From NCBI GenBank assembly GCA_002633005.1, contig NMRA01000146.1:757834-821833 (forward strand): a stretch of 64,000 nucleotides of DNA, in the 5' to 3' direction. Under the pieces are notes generated by a model that made no database searches, was not told where the DNA came from, and saw only the letters and a list, made by a program, of their open reading frames with translations. Shown here one piece after another: positions 10,901-21,517 of the stretch; the first letter of the stretch is position 1, and the number at the start of each line of letters is the position of its first letter. Source of the stretch: Phoronis australis. Taxonomy: Eukaryota; Animalia; Phoronida. Made by a program: the position numbers and the translations under genes.

Positions 10901-13900
10901 AAATCAAAAAAATGCCTCAGTAAGAAGACAGTACAGCTGATAGCATGGTGTAAAATGTCTATCATATTTGCGTCTTTATTGCTCCTAGTACTACTTGATG
11001 AAAGAGATTTTGCACGCGTCACCCCATTGTAAGTATAAGACCAGGTAGCAAAACAATTCATTGAAAAGACAATATAATAAAGAATAAAACATTAAATAAC
11101 CACCAGGAAGGTATCGAAGCCGAAAACTCTCAGTAACACAGATGCCCTTGGCAGAGCTACATGTAAATCCTGCTTTCTAAAAAGTATAGTATTTCAAACG
11201 GGCATTTCCACGCTGTTTAGATGTAAATATTGAATTTTTAACTGAATCTTTTCCTGTTCTTAAAAACCGCCCAATGTCACCATAGACTATAGTACACCGA
11301 CCGCCAACTTCGTATACTTTCAATAGACGGAATCTGTGCTGTTTCGCACAAGCCGTTACGTCATTATTCGCTAGCGTCACCTGGCCAAATTTTCTGGTGT
11401 AATTTTCGGCAAGTGCATCGTTTGCTAATAATGGTCGGTCGCTGTGTGGCAGAGTGTTCGGCCACACGGGCGAAATGCAAAGGTGTTAGCTTCCATAGAG
11501 TACAGATTCCCTATAATCGGCTGTGGGAGAAAAAGACTATGTCTCGTATGAAGTTAAATGACATTTTGATGACGGATGTTTTTTAAGAACTTCTGGTATG
11601 CCTACTAGTACTACCACTACTGACTTAATTCTCAATTATCCATTGTTCTTTACTCCTTTTTGATGAATATTGCATGGTAATTTTTTGGCGAAAATTGTCC
11701 GCTAAATTATTTCAAAACATAGTGATTCACGAACTCCTGTCTTTACGGAGAAATTCAGCAATAGTCTAGTGTATGAATTAACCAAATTGGCCACCTTCGC
11801 TAGCACTAATCAGTTGGTTACTACATTGTATCTCAGCACCAAGCGCAGAATTCCTCGTGATTTCGATCACCGTTTTAGCTGATTTATAAATCCGTTTACA
11901 AATATATTGATAGCTGGTAAAACCTTTAACATCAGTAAAGATCGCATTAATACTCCAGAAATAACCAACTGGCATTCTCAAAATCAATCTCGCAATTCAA
12001 CAGCAGGTTACACACCCATTTCAAGTCGAATGTATGCCGCAAACAATCACTAGACCATCTTAGCCAAGTACATTGCCGTCTATAGAAATACAACCAACTA
12101 ACCCGACTTTAAACTTCATTGCAAACAAAAACAGGAACAAGAGAGGAAGTGAAGGTTCTTTTTAGTCTTCAATGTTAAATTTTTGTAAGCGGACAAATGA
12201 TTATTAAATTTCCGCCTTATGTCCTAACATTTCCAAAATTAAGCCTTTCAAACAGACGTTTATAACAAAAACAACCGGTTTTGTAAAGTCCTACACCACT
12301 TCTAGGGTACATAATGAACCAAACCTACTCGTAATGTAACAAAAGGGTCCTGTGCGTAAAGGACACTAAGATATGTCCTGAAACATTATGTGAAATGTCA
12401 AATCAGATCAAGCGGTTAGGAAGTCGTACTTTTTATGAATTTCAGTTGCTTTGCGCGCTATCTTTCATGAATACACCATAGTTGGCTACAGACAGACCCA
12501 TTTTTATAAAAACACGCAACACTGACCAACTTCTACACAAATTGCACCCTGTGCAGCTCCAGGTTAGTCAGGTATAAATAGAGCCACAGACATGGAAGTT
12601 CACCAAAACACTTCTACCATACAGGTGTGACATTCCCTAGACTCGGAAAACTTTAGAATCCGATAAAAATACTTATGATAAAATACCAGTGACGATAATC
12701 ATCCACTTTGTTAATTTACTTCACATTCACAATTAGAAATTGCCGCTAAAATGAAGCTCCGAGCTCGGGGCGGTCTCTCACGAGGGTTTAGCGTTATGCA
12801 TTCGAGTAATCACCACGTGAGTCCCTAGACCGGCCGCAATAATTACGGTAGAATCCAAGAAGCCCAAGTTGCTCTCAAATCGGGATGGGCATCAATAAGG
12901 AAACTTACTTGCTGTATCAACAGACTAGCCAAATAAAAATAAGTCGCTAACCACACGTGCACAATTACTTGGTCTATCATTTTCCCACCGCAATTGCTTG
13001 AACCAATCAGATCACCAATGACGCAAACCTTTTGAAAAGACTCTCGATTTTTAGGGAGTCTGTTAATGCTCTTAATTTTTTGAAACTTTAATGTGTTTAT
13101 TTTCTGTTCAACTGAATGCATTCATCACGATTAACGCATTGTAAAAAACAAGTCATGCTCTATCAACATTAGACGTAATCAGTACACCCCTTTCTTAAAA
13201 AATGGGTTAAAATTTAGAAACAAAGGACGCAATTATCCATCACTTGCAACGCCGACTTTTGTCATGAATTTTGGGGAAGAATATCGGTATGGCGACAGAA
13301 ACACAGAATCATACCGGCGAAGGCGATGATTTTTGAAATTTGATTCGTTTGGTTGTAAGTCTTTTTTCCATACGGTTCAGGATTATTTGTGGATCCAGGA
13401 ACCAGAACTGAACGAGGCAGGGTTCGTGATAACGTTGGTGAACGGTAACAAAGGTGTTACCACAGGCCTTGATATTGTCATCTTGTCTGTTTTCATCGAA
13501 CCTTCTCTCAAGAAAACTTAAAGAAGAGCACCATCAGTGATTGAGTGAGTACGGTATACAGTGTGATTTATGTTGAATTATTCAACGGTTCTTTTAAGAA
13601 CCATTTCACGCTATACCTAAGGCTCATGCACAGTACAGCCAACGGCCCATTTAAGGGCCACTTAACACTTCCCAGAAAAACTGTGCACTTGAGAATGTTG
13701 AATTATAAACATACAGAGGTAAGCAGTGAAATCGTTACAGCGGCGCATTTTTTAATCTGAACAAAATTAATACTTTTCTAAAACAGAAACGTTATATAAG
13801 TATATTTTGCATTCGCAGGTACTTCTTGGAATTTGTGCACAAATGTGCTTTCGTAGTTTTCTCAGTATGTGAGAAATGAATCACAAACTGACCAAGAACT

Positions 13901-14336
13901 ATGTTGCTAGTATTGTGCAGGCAGATGACATAATCAGTCGGCACCGAAGTTTGAATTTGTAATTAATTACAAGCAGCATTGCCAAAAGTACTCATAATGC
14001 CAACAGTTCTACTAGTAGAAGACTTTTAACAGCGTTTCAATGCCAAACTTATTATATTTTTGTTGTACTGGACAGTAAAGTATATGCGAGAAGTCCCCGT
14101 CAAAACATACTAACCGGAAACTACACCAGATAATTTAAGATAGTGACGCTTCCTCTTGGTAAGCACGGAACAAAATATCGGAGTTTCGAATCTGTTGACT
14201 ATAATCTATAATGTCACAGCTAATGCGTACAAGCGCTATTTTTGAAATTTCTGAGTCGCTGATAGGTCCTATGTTCGCGTTTATATTGGGGGTTTTATTT
14301 GATCCTCACAGAAAGACAACTCGTTGTTTCATAGCT

Positions 14337-14543
14337 CTAGTTAAAGCTAAGAACTTCGAATTTTCCCGTAGTGAGTCTTACATGTACAGACGGTGCAGCA
14401 GGGCTTATTATCGATTCTGAAGTTGACGCCGCCGGTGAAGCACTAGCCGAGCTAGCGGAGAGACCTGCACAAGAATAAATTTCACAAACCATTAGATACA
14501 ATGTCTTATTGGCAACGGCACATGTTTGCATAGATTTATTCAT
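14337..14543 (-). pseudogene. Decayed extracellular repeat, possibly FN3-like, paralogous to 15698-16003
   Basis: Shared pattern ANKT....CEIY..GL.....A.STSE...SPA..SV...T between the two ORFs. Confidence 0.4.
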
Positions 14544-15697
14544 TGTGTTGAAGTTAAATTAATTATTTCAAAGTCATCACTTGAACAAAAGAACTGTTAT
14601 AGGTTGCAACTGGGGATTCTTATTTGATAAAAAAACTTGTTGGATGCCTCACATAATCTAGATTCGTCAATTCAGTTGTTTTGCAAGTGTTAAGAATAGC
14701 CACAAACCTCGATTCGTCATTTGCTACTTACAACATGTAAACTACAAAGAATTTTATAGAACTCTGTCACATTCCGTCAAACTCAGACGAAATTGTTGAC
14801 AGCCTTGACCCTCTACTCGAACTCTGGATGCAACGAAATGCCGCCATGTCCAAAATTAAGCAGAGCTTTGAATCTAAGAAAAACATTTTCCTTATAAAAA
14901 TAAAAATATCGAAATTCAAAATAGAAATATAGAGGACGAAGCTTAACATCAATTATGTTTTCAACGCTGTGCACTTTGTAAGCGTGATGACGTCGATAAG
15001 ATTTTTTATTTGAAATTTTCGGGGAAAAGCTGTATCCTGAGTCGGTGATAGTTACTATGTTCTTGGTTATAACGGAAATCGATTAATATATGTAAAAACA
15101 TATTATGACATCAATTTTACTACTGTAAAAGCCTAATTAGAGTTTCATTTTCTAACAACTTAAACGGTACGAAGTGCAGTTTTAAGCGTAAGTTTGTCTG
15201 ACAAAGTCATCAGTACTTAGTTGATTTTAGAAAATATCGGGCGAAAACGACGTCATGTGATCCTGAACTTGAATGACCTCTTACAGTTCAAAACCTAATT
15301 GTCCCCCCGCTTGTGAACATAACAATCGACAGAAAGATCCTGAGGTTCTGTCAAACAGTACCATAGATATGCCTACATGCAATTGATGCCATTAGGACAA
15401 AATTTGCAATTGAGGGTTAATTAGGACAAACTATATTGTCATGCGACGGATCGAAAAACCACCTCAAAGTTGTCATGTGGACCTAAAATGGTGATTTTAT
15501 CTAAAACTTGCTTACACGCCCATTTAGCGCCTGGACCATCGGGACACATACAGTAGCACCCAAAATCTATAAAACGGGACCATTGGAGCCCGGAACACTT
15601 AGAACACCGGACACAAAGAAGCCGGGAAGCATAGAGCCACGACACAATGCTACGTTCCTGCGGATATTACCTCTGCCCATCTCTCTAAGCGTTTAAT

Positions 15698-16003
15698 TTA
15701 CGAAGCATTAGATGACGGTTCAACTGAACACGTTTCTATCGGCTTATTTACTCTATGGCAGTTTAACCAGTTTTCCTTTAATATATAAACTAAAAAGATT
15801 TCAACAGAGCTCTGCCAAATTTCATCAAACTCTGACTGCGATGTGAAAGTTATAGCTACAGAAGTTTTTGCTGGGCTTGTTGTCAATTCTGACGTTGACG
15901 CATTTGCTGCGAGATTGGTGACCCTATGATAGAGACCTGTCCAAGTGTAAATTTCACAAGCCATTATACATGTACGCGATGTTTTATTTGCAATTCCGTA
16001 CAT
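15698..16003 (-). pseudogene. Decayed extracellular repeat, possibly FN3-like, paralogous to 14337-14543
   Basis: RVTNLAANAS...TSVAITF...FD resembles an FN3 start; similar to the 14337-14543 peptide. Confidence 0.4.
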
Positions 16004-16138
16004 GTATATAGTCCCATTTACTATATTGAACTCAAATCTGTCGAAATAGCTTACTTTTTAGTCTATCGTTTAAACAAATAAGATGAATGCAACTTAATGT
16101 AGAGTTTTTAAGTGACAAGGCCCCTGCTCTTGTTTTCA

Positions 16139-16605
16139 TTTATTGGGGACAAATAAAACAACAAGAATAATGTATATTTTAAGTTGTATTGTGAATTTCA
16201 GGGTCACAGCTCTACAAATAAATACTTCAAAGAAGGAACCAGATGGGTTCCTTAATTACAATAGATAACACACACACAATTCCGATACCCAAAGCACAAT
16301 TGAGTACCGGATGCAAAGAAGCAGAAGTTAGCATAGTACCAAATGGGTACATAATACCAAATGGGTATTGGCCGATTGCCTACCAACTGGGTCGAGCAAA
16401 ACGGCAATTTCAATAACAAGTACAAAGTGGGTACAAACTGCCAAATGGGCAAATATCATATAAAGTACCAAGTGGGTACACTAAACAGCCAACTGGTCTA
16501 TAACAACCTGCAAAGCAGGGTTCCGGACAAGCTGAGTCAGCAGACCAGCCGGAGTGATAAAAAGAGATATTGCAAGGAACGTGGTGTTGTGGCTCAGTAT
16601 GTGCC
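16139..16605. repeat. Repeat copy 1 containing a stem-loop array; uninterrupted paralog of the BEL target site
   Basis: Matches 17048-17367 joined to 28512-28656; contains the empty site gggcaaatATCATataaagtacc. Confidence 0.9.
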
Positions 16606-16860
16606 GGGTGGAGAGAAGCAAGCTGCAGTGGTGGATGCTCGAGTACAGGTCGGGTCGCTAGCCAATGACGTCGGTTCTAGCCAGACGGTATCACGCTCCA
16701 GGCCTGAAGAAGCTACCAGCAGGGACTGCAAAAACAACAATAACCCACAGCAGATTTTGTTCGACAAAAAGGGGGAGTGTGGGAAAGGTATAAATCGGTT
16801 GAGTGGAGATGTCGTGGTACCCAGGGTAGGGAGGGTGGAAGAACTATAAGATTGTCTAAT

Positions 16861-17052
16861 TAGGAAAACTTACGAGTGAACGTACTGTAGCTTGTGGCTG
16901 GGCCAACAGGAAGCTGGAGAGAAAGAACAAACAGCGCTACCATCGGACTTGGTAGGAACTAACTAGGAGTTGGATAAGAAGCATGAAGGGCTGTCTAATG
17001 TTATTTGCCCAAATAATAGGATTTATGTCAGAGTGCCATAAATCTCATTATT
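16861..17052. repeat. About 190-bp dispersed repeat, also at 48440-48630
   Basis: taggaaaacttacgagtgaacgtactg...gtcagagtgccat.aatctcattatt at both places. Confidence 0.85.
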
Positions 17053-17367
17053 GGGGACAAATAAAAAACAAGAATATTGTACTATATTTTAAGTTGTATT
17101 GAGAATTTCAGGGTCACACCTCTACAAATAAATATTTCACAGAAGGAACCAGATGGGTTCCTTAATTACAATATATAACACACACATTTCCGATACCCAA
17201 AGTACAATTGAGTATCAGATGCTAAGTGGCACAGGTTAGCATAGTAACAAATGGGTACATGATACCAAATGGGCATTGGCCCATTGCCCACCAACTGGGT
17301 CGAGCAAAACGGCAAATTCAATAACAAGTACCAAGTGGGTACAAACTGCCAAATGGGCAAATATCAT

Positions 17368-17583
17368 TGTCATGCGACGGATTACTAGTTAGTTATAAGC
17401 CTTTCCATAGATGTCGCTGTCGTTCGTTTTATCGGTTTTTGACAGTGGCGTTATTTGTTTGTAGTTCCACACAGTTGAAAAATACATATGTAAACGTCGA
17501 GTCGCTCGCAATATTTATCGCATTTTATTCGCCGAAACGTATTGCAGAGACTATTTATTGTTTCAACGTGTGATTCCATAACA
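17368..17583 (+). repeat. 5' LTR of BEL/Pao #1 (216 bp)
   Basis: About 6 substitutions versus the 3' LTR by manual comparison. Confidence 0.95.
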
Positions 17584-17585
17584 GC

Positions 17586-17595
17586 TTTTTCAACT
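17586..17595 (+). promoter_or_regulatory. Putative self-priming primer-binding site
   Basis: TTTTTCAACT, 2 nt after the LTR, is the exact reverse complement of AGTTGAAAAA at 17473-17482; no TGG tRNA-type PBS here. Confidence 0.55.
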
Positions 17596-17783
17596 TTCGT
17601 GTGATATGTAAGTAGAAGTCGAACTATAAGAGTGAACTTTGCCGAACTTTCTCCGATAGCACTCAACGAACGTAGACTGAAAATTCAAATGGCGGCGCCA
17701 AGTGACTCGGACTTGAAAAGTGTTAAATCGAGCCGGGCGGCTAGCAAGCGTAAAATAACCGGATTTGTCAAACAGCACACCTG

Positions 17784-19341
17784 TTGTTAAGTTCCACGGA
17801 CGGTATCCCGACGTCTGAATACCAGAAACTCGGAGATTCTATTCGAAATAGTATGGATGAACTGGAAATACATAACGAACGAGTGTTAGAACTTGAACTG
17901 AGTGAACTAGAAGACGTCAATAACGAAATGGCAGTAAACGGTATTGAAGGCCGTGCTGAGGGCTACATAGATGATGTGCGTAAATCTGCTCTACCTATAA
18001 TGTACCATCTCATTGCTCGTGGTACAGAGCCCGAACCCTCACATGCCGCAAAACCTGAGAAACTCGAGTCAAGTGAAGCGACAGCTGCCGTACGAATGGC
18101 AAAGGTTAAATTCCCTACGTTCTCAGGTGACTTGAGAGAATACAAACACTTCAAAGAACGGTTCATGTATTTTGCCAAATCTCTGGGAGAAACTGAGTGT
18201 TTGTATCACATGATCGAATCAATGGACAGGCAAAGGGAGAAAAAGAAAATAAAAAACTATTTGAGTGTTTCTAGGGCGTGGGAGATTTTGGACAATGAGT
18301 ATGGTGACGATGACCGCATAATCGACGCTTTGCTGAGAGACATCGACAACCTAAAATCATATGACATAAGGGGGCGAATTGACCTACCAGTTTCAGAAAC
18401 ATTTGTCGAAACCTTGCAGTGTTTTGAGGTTCAAGTAGAATCTCTCAGCTTATCGGGTGGTCTGAATGACAGGGTCATTTTAACACAGATTCGACGTAAG
18501 ATGCAAGAAGAACACCGCATTCAGTACTTGAAAAGCACCCGTGGCGGCGAAACTGAAGATACACTGACCGGTTTGGTCAAATGGCTACACGAGCAACTGA
18601 TTGTCTTGCAGAAAGCCAAAGACTGTGGCGAGATACCTGTGCAAAGCCAACAACAGCAACACAAGCGGTACAAAACAACGACGAATCACGCAACGATGTC
18701 CCCTGGTACTAAACTACCATTAAAATGTCCTCTGCATCCCAAGTTCACTAACCATTATCTTAAAGGCTGTAACAAGCTCAGAACATTGAAACAAAAAGCA
18801 AAATTTGACATCATGAAGAAGAATAACATTTGCTTTAGATGTGGACATAATAACTGCATAGCAGGAAAGCACCCATTCGATCAACAGAACTGCCAGTTCA
18901 AAGGTTCTTGCCAGATACCGACCTGTGGTAGAGATACGCATTTCTCTTCGATATGTCCCATTGTAAAAGGCCTCGATGGCTATGGTAACTCAGGCAAGTC
19001 ATCGTTTACTCCTGGTTTGAATATGCAGGCACCCGAGTTTCAACCAGTGAATTCTAATCCGACCTCCACTCCAGATCTGAGCACTCGTGGTCAAGGCTTG
19101 GCCAATGTTTTGCCAACTGTGATGGGGTACATTAGTCATGGCACAAGAAAGGTGATGGTCCGTATTCTTCTTGACCAGGGTAGCCAGGTTTCACTTATTC
19201 GTGAAGGTATCATTCCTAAGTCTGCTGATCACCATATGCAAGAATATCAACTCACCACCGTGGGCGGAAACACAATGAGCCAAATTCTCCGAGTCGTCGA
19301 CTGTGTGATTGGAGATTTGTCTGGAACACTATCTCGTAAGG
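17784..19341 (+). pseudogene. gag: BEL/Pao gag + aspartic protease, interrupted by the LINE
   Basis: VKFPTFSGD motif, three Cys/His knuckles (CPLH..H..C, CFRC..H..C, CQIPTC..H..C), protease ILLDQGSQ; frame GTLSRK continues as VRLTEM after the LINE. Confidence 0.92.
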
Positions 19342-19547
19342 GTGTGTTGGTGGTTTCGACCACAGGTTGTGGTGTTTAGCGTCTAGTGTGGTAGTGTAGT
19401 TAGTAGAGTATCTAGCTCTGCTTAGTGCTCTGCTTTCAGCTTCCGCCGCTGTTCAGTTCCGACTGTCAGTACATAGCTTCTCCCACAACAAGACTCGTGC
19501 AGTGCCTCCACACATGGACTGGGTTTACTCAGACTAAACTGTGCGGG
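19342..19547 (+). ncRNA. HDV-like ribozyme fold, apparently degenerate
   Basis: P1 GTGTGT/ACACAT with G.U first pair, P2 GTGCAGT/ACTGTGC, GCC-TCC, GG, P4 CTGGGT/ACTCAG, CTAA linker; P3' strand not found. Confidence 0.5.
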
Positions 19548-20184
19548 ATCGGGTTGGGGAAGGGGGTTTTCTGTCTTTAGCAGCCGCTGTTGTTTCGAAC
19601 GATATGAGATGCCGAAAACCTTGTTGGAAGCATTCTCTGTTCTCGGGTGATTGATCAGTGGCTCTAGAGTGGGAGGCCTCTCTAACCCAATCATCCCCCT
19701 TTGGGGCGCCTGGTCAGGAGTATCTTGACTTTGACCTCTTCGGGTCCGATTGATACCCCTTGTCTCCGGTCAGGTGACACGGGAACCCTTGAGAACTAAT
19801 ACCCTGGTTCTTGAGTCTTAAGCTAGTTGCGGCTGGTGGTAAACAACACAGAACTTTGCGTATCAAGTAATCTTGGGCAAACCGCGGTGCACGGAGTAGC
19901 GCCTGTTGCACTAGGGGACAAGCCTCTGCACGGTTAGCCCTTGGAGGTTGCGAGGTTCTGGCACTTGGAGGTAGACATACTGAATTTGGGTAGTCCATTT
20001 GCAGCAGAAGCCCTTTCGCTGGGGTCATATGCTCGCTTGGAGGAGCCAGGGGAGGGAGCTGTTGAAACCAGTGTCAGATCCTATAGGTTTGCGGATGCAG
20101 GAATGCCTTTGGCTGGGCCTTGTTGCCATCCTATGGATAGGGTGAATGCGGATGCAGACCTGAATCATAACCTATACTTGCTAT

Positions 20185-21486
20185 ATGGATCCACAGCGAA
20201 AACCAATAACCCACCCTGGTCAGGGTTCAAGTGACCAGCGCACAGGGCAGTCGAATGTGGTCTTTGCGGCCACGGACGTCCGCCTCAAAGTCTCCTCCCT
20301 AGGAGTTTCTATAAGGCAAGTGGAAGCACCCCCTACTGTGGACGCTTGCTCTGGGAAATCGCTGGACTCTTCTATGAGAGTGGAAAGTGAGATTACCAAG
20401 CTTGTGAAAGCGGCTAGGGTGGCTGCTGACGCGAACACCAAACCTGCCCCGGACACTCCTCACGGAGCGAATGGTGGCGGAAACACTTCAACTGGGCCTG
20501 ATGGCAGCTCCCACCGTCTCTCTGCTGCTGCTAGGCGGAAGACAAAGCGGGCTCGCCAGGCGGCTCAGAAGAAGCTTGAAAACTTAGAAATCGATGTTCA
20601 GCAGGGTGTTAAGCGCTCTAAGTCTGACAGCTCGACTCCTGGGACATCCTCAAAACCACCCACCAAAGTGGCTAAAGTGGATAAACTACCTTACGCTAGT
20701 GTGGCTAAGAAGGATCTTAGCGTCTTTGTGGCTGCAAAAGCTGGTGAGCCACCACTAAATGAGGACGAGGCTAAGCGTCTGAAGCGCCGACTACAGATGG
20801 CATTTGTCAAACCTCAGAGACCCCGTGTCCCGCTTCATATTAAGTCAGTGAGACTTGAAAAGGGCAAACTGGCGATTGCCTGTGATAACTCAGCTACCCT
20901 TGACTGGGTCAAACTTGAGTGTAAGGAACTTACTCCTGATGGTCCTGACTCTCACAGGTCAGGGTACCACGTGATGGGTCCAGGCGATCTACCTCCTGTG
21001 TTCAAGGCCTTCTGTCATGTGTCAGAGGAAGTTGCCTCTAATAAGGATGAGTTCTTGTTGGTCCTTAAGGAGTGCAACGATGACCTGGATATGACAAAGG
21101 TTCATGTGGTGTCAATGACTGCCATCAAACCAACGTTAAAATATCCCTCTAAGGGATTTACCATTGTCCTAGCCTTTGAAGAGTCCGCTTGGCAGGTTCT
21201 CCGGGGGATGGATTTTCGTCCCTGGTGTGGCTTTGCTGGGCGTGTGCTTTTTAGAGCTAGGGGTAAAAGCAGTAAGGGGGCCAAAGCTTCTGTCCAGGCC
21301 TCAGAAGGGATGTCAACCTCGGACATGGAAGCTGACTGTGTGCCCACCACAAAGTCAGCAGAAATGGACGTGGGTGATGAAACGACTGAGGTAGGGAATG
21401 TTGCTGAGGCTTCTGAACCTGTACCATCCAATGACAGATCTTCTCTGGCTCCTTCCCCACTCACGAGTGATGTGGAGTCTGGATAG
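20185..21486 (+). CDS. LINE ORF1 (LOA/Lian-type gag-like protein), 433 aa
   Basis: Open ORF directly upstream of ORF2; basic RRKTKR region, YASVAK and GKLAIACDNSATLDWV segments resembling LOA ORF1. Confidence 0.8.
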   Translation: MDPQRKPITHPGQGSSDQRTGQSNVVFAATDVRLKVSSLGVSIRQVEAPPTVDACSGKSLDSSMRVESEITKLVKAARVAADANTKPAPDTPHGANGGGNTSTGPDGSSHRLSAAARRKTKRARQAAQKKLENLEIDVQQGVKRSKSDSSTPGTSSKPPTKVAKVDKLPYASVAKKDLSVFVAAKAGEPPLNEDEAKRLKRRLQMAFVKPQRPRVPLHIKSVRLEKGKLAIACDNSATLDWVKLECKELTPDGPDSHRSGYHVMGPGDLPPVFKAFCHVSEEVASNKDEFLLVLKECNDDLDMTKVHVVSMTAIKPTLKYPSKGFTIVLAFEESAWQVLRGMDFRPWCGFAGRVLFRARGKSSKGAKASVQASEGMSTSDMEADCVPTTKSAEMDVGDETTEVGNVAEASEPVPSNDRSSLAPSPLTSDVESG

Positions 21487-21517
21487 ACAGTCACTGGTAT
21501 ATTCTTAACATGATGAA

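Noticed and set aside
10517-11032. 171-aa hydrophobic ORF on +
   Set aside because: Antisense shadow of the purine-rich minus-strand TM/tail exon; no recognisable domain.
16233-16499. Reading the hairpin array as a plain E-box (CANNTG) cluster
   Set aside because: Units do contain CANNTG, but flank complementarity is centred on the 5-nt loop rather than the E-box axis; bHLH binding is not excluded but does not explain the stems.
16361-16849. 162-aa ORF on +
   Set aside because: Spans the hairpin repeat and a junction; not preserved in the second copy; no motifs.
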